Positions 16,396 through 18,754 of a stretch of DNA of 18,754 bases are shown here, one piece after another. This stretch comes from Candidatus Bathyarchaeia archaeon. Lineage in GTDB: Archaea > Thermoproteota > Bathyarchaeia > Bathyarchaeales > Bathycorpusculaceae. Position numbers and translations under genes: made by a program. The stretch covers positions 1 to 18,754 of the forward strand of contig JBEKKX010000042.1 of the NCBI GenBank assembly GCA_050010515.1. The letters are read 5' to 3'. The notes beneath the pieces were generated by a model. The model was given only the letters and a program-made list of their open reading frames with translations. It ran no database searches and was not told the DNA's origin. Each line of letters opens with the position of its first letter. Positions within the stretch are counted from its first letter, which is position 1.

Positions 16396-16977
16396 ATGAG
16401 CCTAAAACCACCTGAACAAAAAAGCGGTCATTTAGTGGTGCCTGGAGAACGCTTAGGCGTTATTGAAGAGTTTATTCCAGACTCCGGAACATACGTTAAA
16501 GACGGCGTTATCTACTCCAAAATTGTTGGTCGTGCATTGCTCGACTTGCTAAACAAACGTGTTTCTGTTTACCCACTAGTCAACGGTGAACTCGTCCCGA
16601 AAGTTTCAAGCACGGTTGTGGGGCAAATTGGTAATGCCCAGTCTGATAATGTTTTGGTAAGAATCTTTAAAATAGAAAACAAAAGGCTCTCAGGCGAATT
16701 TAGCGGCATCTTGCACATTTCCGATGTTTCCGACAGGTATATCGATTCAATGAATGATGTATGCAAGCCCGGCGACATTGTCAGAGCTAAAGTGATCAGT
16801 GGAAAAAACCGCATCTTCCATCTGTCAACCAACGACAAGAACTTAGGCATAGTGTATGCTTTCTGTTCTCGATGCGGCAATTTGCTGGAACCTCAACGGT
16901 ACGAACTGCATTGTCCAAAATGCGGCAATACAGAAAATCGTAAAATCGCACCCGATTATGGAAAAGAGCCGATATAG
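16396..16977 (+). CDS. csl4: Exosome RNA-binding subunit Csl4
   Basis: VVPGERLGVIEEF, S1 domain PGDIVRAKV, zinc ribbon CSRCG...CPKCG..E.RK. Confidence 0.95.
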   Translation: MSLKPPEQKSGHLVVPGERLGVIEEFIPDSGTYVKDGVIYSKIVGRALLDLLNKRVSVYPLVNGELVPKVSSTVVGQIGNAQSDNVLVRIFKIENKRLSGEFSGILHISDVSDRYIDSMNDVCKPGDIVRAKVISGKNRIFHLSTNDKNLGIVYAFCSRCGNLLEPQRYELHCPKCGNTENRKIAPDYGKEPI

Positions 16978-16998
16978 CAAAAAAAGGGGAACTGACAA

Positions 16999-17280
16999 GT
17001 GAAAATTAATGTGCTAAAAAAATCGGATAATGAGCTTAAAATAGAAATTGAAGGCGGCACTCACGGCTTATGTAACCTGTTACAAAAGAGGCTTTTAGAG
17101 GATAAAACGGTGGATTTTGCAGGTTACGATGTCCCGCATCCTTTGGCATCAAACCCCATTATTTACGTTAGAATGAAAGGGAATGCTAAGCCTGAAGACG
17201 CGTTGATTAAGGCTGTTGAGAAAGTTCGAGAAGCAAATGACGCTTTTAGCAAAGAGTTAGATCGTGTTCTAAAAGTTTAG
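16999..17280 (+). CDS. rpo11: RNA polymerase subunit Rpo11 (RpoL)
   Basis: EG.THGLCNLL and FAGYDVPHPL; follows csl4. Confidence 0.95.
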   Translation: MKINVLKKSDNELKIEIEGGTHGLCNLLQKRLLEDKTVDFAGYDVPHPLASNPIIYVRMKGNAKPEDALIKAVEKVREANDAFSKELDRVLKV

Positions 17281-17369
17281 TTCTCTTTTGTTTTAACTTT
17301 TAGCCTTAGTTTTTAATATTCATTCAAAAAGGTCAAGTAGCTTATGAGGTTTCATTTAAAAGCTAAAAT

Positions 17370-17975
17370 ATGCCTTATAGCTTTCAGGGGAAAGGTTTGG
17401 CAGTTAAAGGCTTTCGAGTGATAAAATCTGAAATCCGCGTGCTTGGTGTGGACGACGGAAAATTTGTTCCGCATACCGAGGGTGTTGTGATTGTTGTTGG
17501 TGTTGTTTTCAGGGGAAGTTGCTGGCTTGATGGAGTGATGCATACTCAAATTGCAATTGATGGCTTTGACGCTACTGAACGGATAGCTTCCATGATTAAC
17601 AGTTCGCCTCATTGTAAACAGTTACGTTTAGTAATGTTAAACGGAATAACGTTTGCTGGTTTTAACGTGGTGAATATCAAAAGGCTAAATTTGGCAACAA
17701 AGCTTCCAGTTATTGCCTTAACGCGTGATAAACCTGATTTAGAAGCCATTCGCAAGGCGCTTAATAATTTGCCTAAAAGTGAAGAGCGTTGGAGAATGAT
17801 TCTCGAGGCAGGAGAGATCCATGAAGTCTGTTCCCGCCGCAAGCAGATTTACATGGGGATAGCTGGAATTTCATTGGTTGATGCCCGAGAAATTGTTGAA
17901 TTGACGTCGATAAGAAGCAGTTTTCCCGAGCCTTTGCGGGTTGCACATCTTATTGCCTCTGGCATCAGTCCTTGA
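17370..17975 (+). CDS. DUF99 / UPF0215 family RNase H-like nuclease (endonuclease V-related)
   Basis: RVLGVDDG, DGFDAT, NGITFAGFNVV and PEPLRVAHLIA. The real start may be TTG 17397 or later. Confidence 0.9.
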   Translation: MPYSFQGKGLAVKGFRVIKSEIRVLGVDDGKFVPHTEGVVIVVGVVFRGSCWLDGVMHTQIAIDGFDATERIASMINSSPHCKQLRLVMLNGITFAGFNVVNIKRLNLATKLPVIALTRDKPDLEAIRKALNNLPKSEERWRMILEAGEIHEVCSRRKQIYMGIAGISLVDAREIVELTSIRSSFPEPLRVAHLIASGISP

Positions 17976-17990
17976 ATTTGGCCCGAGTTG

Positions 17991-18005
17991 GAAAAGGTTT
18001 AAAAG
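17991..18005 (+). promoter_or_regulatory. BRE/TATA promoter for tfs
   Basis: GAAAAGG-TTTAAAAG about 45 nt upstream of ATG 18050. Confidence 0.55.
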
Positions 18006-18049
18006 TCACAATGCTAAGGGAATCAAAAACGGATAGTGGATAACGGACT

Positions 18050-18406
18050 ATGGAATTTTGCCCTAAATGCGGTTCACGTCTTGAACCAAAGAAATCCAAG
18101 AATGGTAAAGATGCTTCTTTAGTTCTTGCGTGCCCAAAATGTGGTTATAAAAAGCCCGAAGCTGGCGAAAAAGTTGAGCCAAAAGTGGCGTCGAAGGTTA
18201 TTCAGCATAATCCTCAGCAGTTTGTAGCCGTTATTGGTAAAGAAGAGCAGAAATTGAATACATTGCCAACTGTGCGGATTGAGTGCCCAAGATGCGGGAA
18301 CAACACGGCTTATGTTTGGCAGGTCCAAACACGTGGAGCAGATGAATCTTCAACCCAGTTTCTCCGCTGCACCAAATGCAATTACACGTTCAGAGAATAC
18401 AGCTAA
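18050..18406 (+). CDS. tfs: Transcript cleavage factor TFS (TFIIS/RpoM family)
   Basis: Two zinc ribbons (CPKC..CPKC; CPRC..CTKC) and the acidic hairpin QTRGADES. Confidence 0.96.
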   Translation: MEFCPKCGSRLEPKKSKNGKDASLVLACPKCGYKKPEAGEKVEPKVASKVIQHNPQQFVAVIGKEEQKLNTLPTVRIECPRCGNNTAYVWQVQTRGADESSTQFLRCTKCNYTFREYS

Positions 18407-18584
18407 GACGTTGTCTTCTACTGTGATCCTTTGTTAGAACTCTCTATTTTAGTTAGTTAAGCAATAACTCATCTATTGTGAAGCGCCGCTTGACTCTAAA
18501 TTTATCCAATTCTCATATAATTTATTTTAAGAGCATGTTTTTTGGTTTAGATAGGACAATTTATTTATTAGCTAAATGTGTAAT

Positions 18585-18754
18585 TGTTCTATCTAGAAAA
18601 TGGGCTACACTTTGTCTTTGAGGTATATTTCCGCTGGAGTTAAATAGCCTATTCCCTCATGCGGTCTAGTGTAGTTGTAGTAGCGTATGAAGCTCCAATG
18701 TTCCTTGAACAGGTGAGACTCCAGCTCGTACGCTTTGTGGAAAGCTTCAATCTT
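18585..18754 (-). mobile_element. End of an IS481-like insertion sequence (truncated by the window edge)
   Basis: Transposase C-terminus ends 20 nt from a TGT terminus (TGTTCTATCTAGAAAATGGGCTACAC). TGT...ACA ends are characteristic of the IS481 family. The other end is not visible. Confidence 0.75.
18605..18754 (-). CDS. DDE/rve transposase C-terminus (partial)
   Basis: Manual translation KIEAFHKAYELESHLFKEHWSFIRYYNYTRPHEGIGYLTPAEIYLKDKV*, which matches the integrase-core pattern (G)KIE.F...YN..RPH..L...TP...Y. Confidence 0.88.
   Translation of the reverse strand, partial: KIEAFHKAYELESHLFKEHWSFIRYYNYTRPHEGIGYLTPAEIYLKDKV

Noticed and set aside
3892-18328. Overlapping or antisense ORFs from the track (e.g. 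4102-4656, 5549-5914, 6933-7397, 8484-8858, 9368-9751, 16569-16880; also 519-731)
   Set aside because: These are shadow frames of well-supported genes with no recognisable motifs.

Overview
Archaeal housekeeping region (gene set and protein style fit a TACK archaeon, possibly Bathyarchaeia; this is inference). It carries conserved informational clusters: nob1-nadK (minus), aIF5A, srp54-pus10-rpl21e-rpo4-DUF655-ksgA-hemK/mtq2, dCMP deaminase and a Trm11-like methyltransferase (minus), rpl10e-ppsA, and dph2-METTL5-like-csl4-rpo11-DUF99-tfs. Features missed by the ORF track: a box C/D sRNA at 3214-3280, whose D' guide fits the 23S site equivalent to E. coli C2510 (the SNORD49/U49 target in humans, recalled from memory), and the 3' end of an IS481-like transposase at 18605-18754 with a probable terminal repeat. 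The left edge has a V4R-like protein with a CxxCH motif, followed by a cluster of hairpins and simple repeats. KsgA lacks the motif IV Asn (IPPY rather than NxPY). I see no clear novel multi-gene system. The best leads are the sRNA, the V4R/CxxCH gene with its structured 3' region, and the degenerate KsgA.
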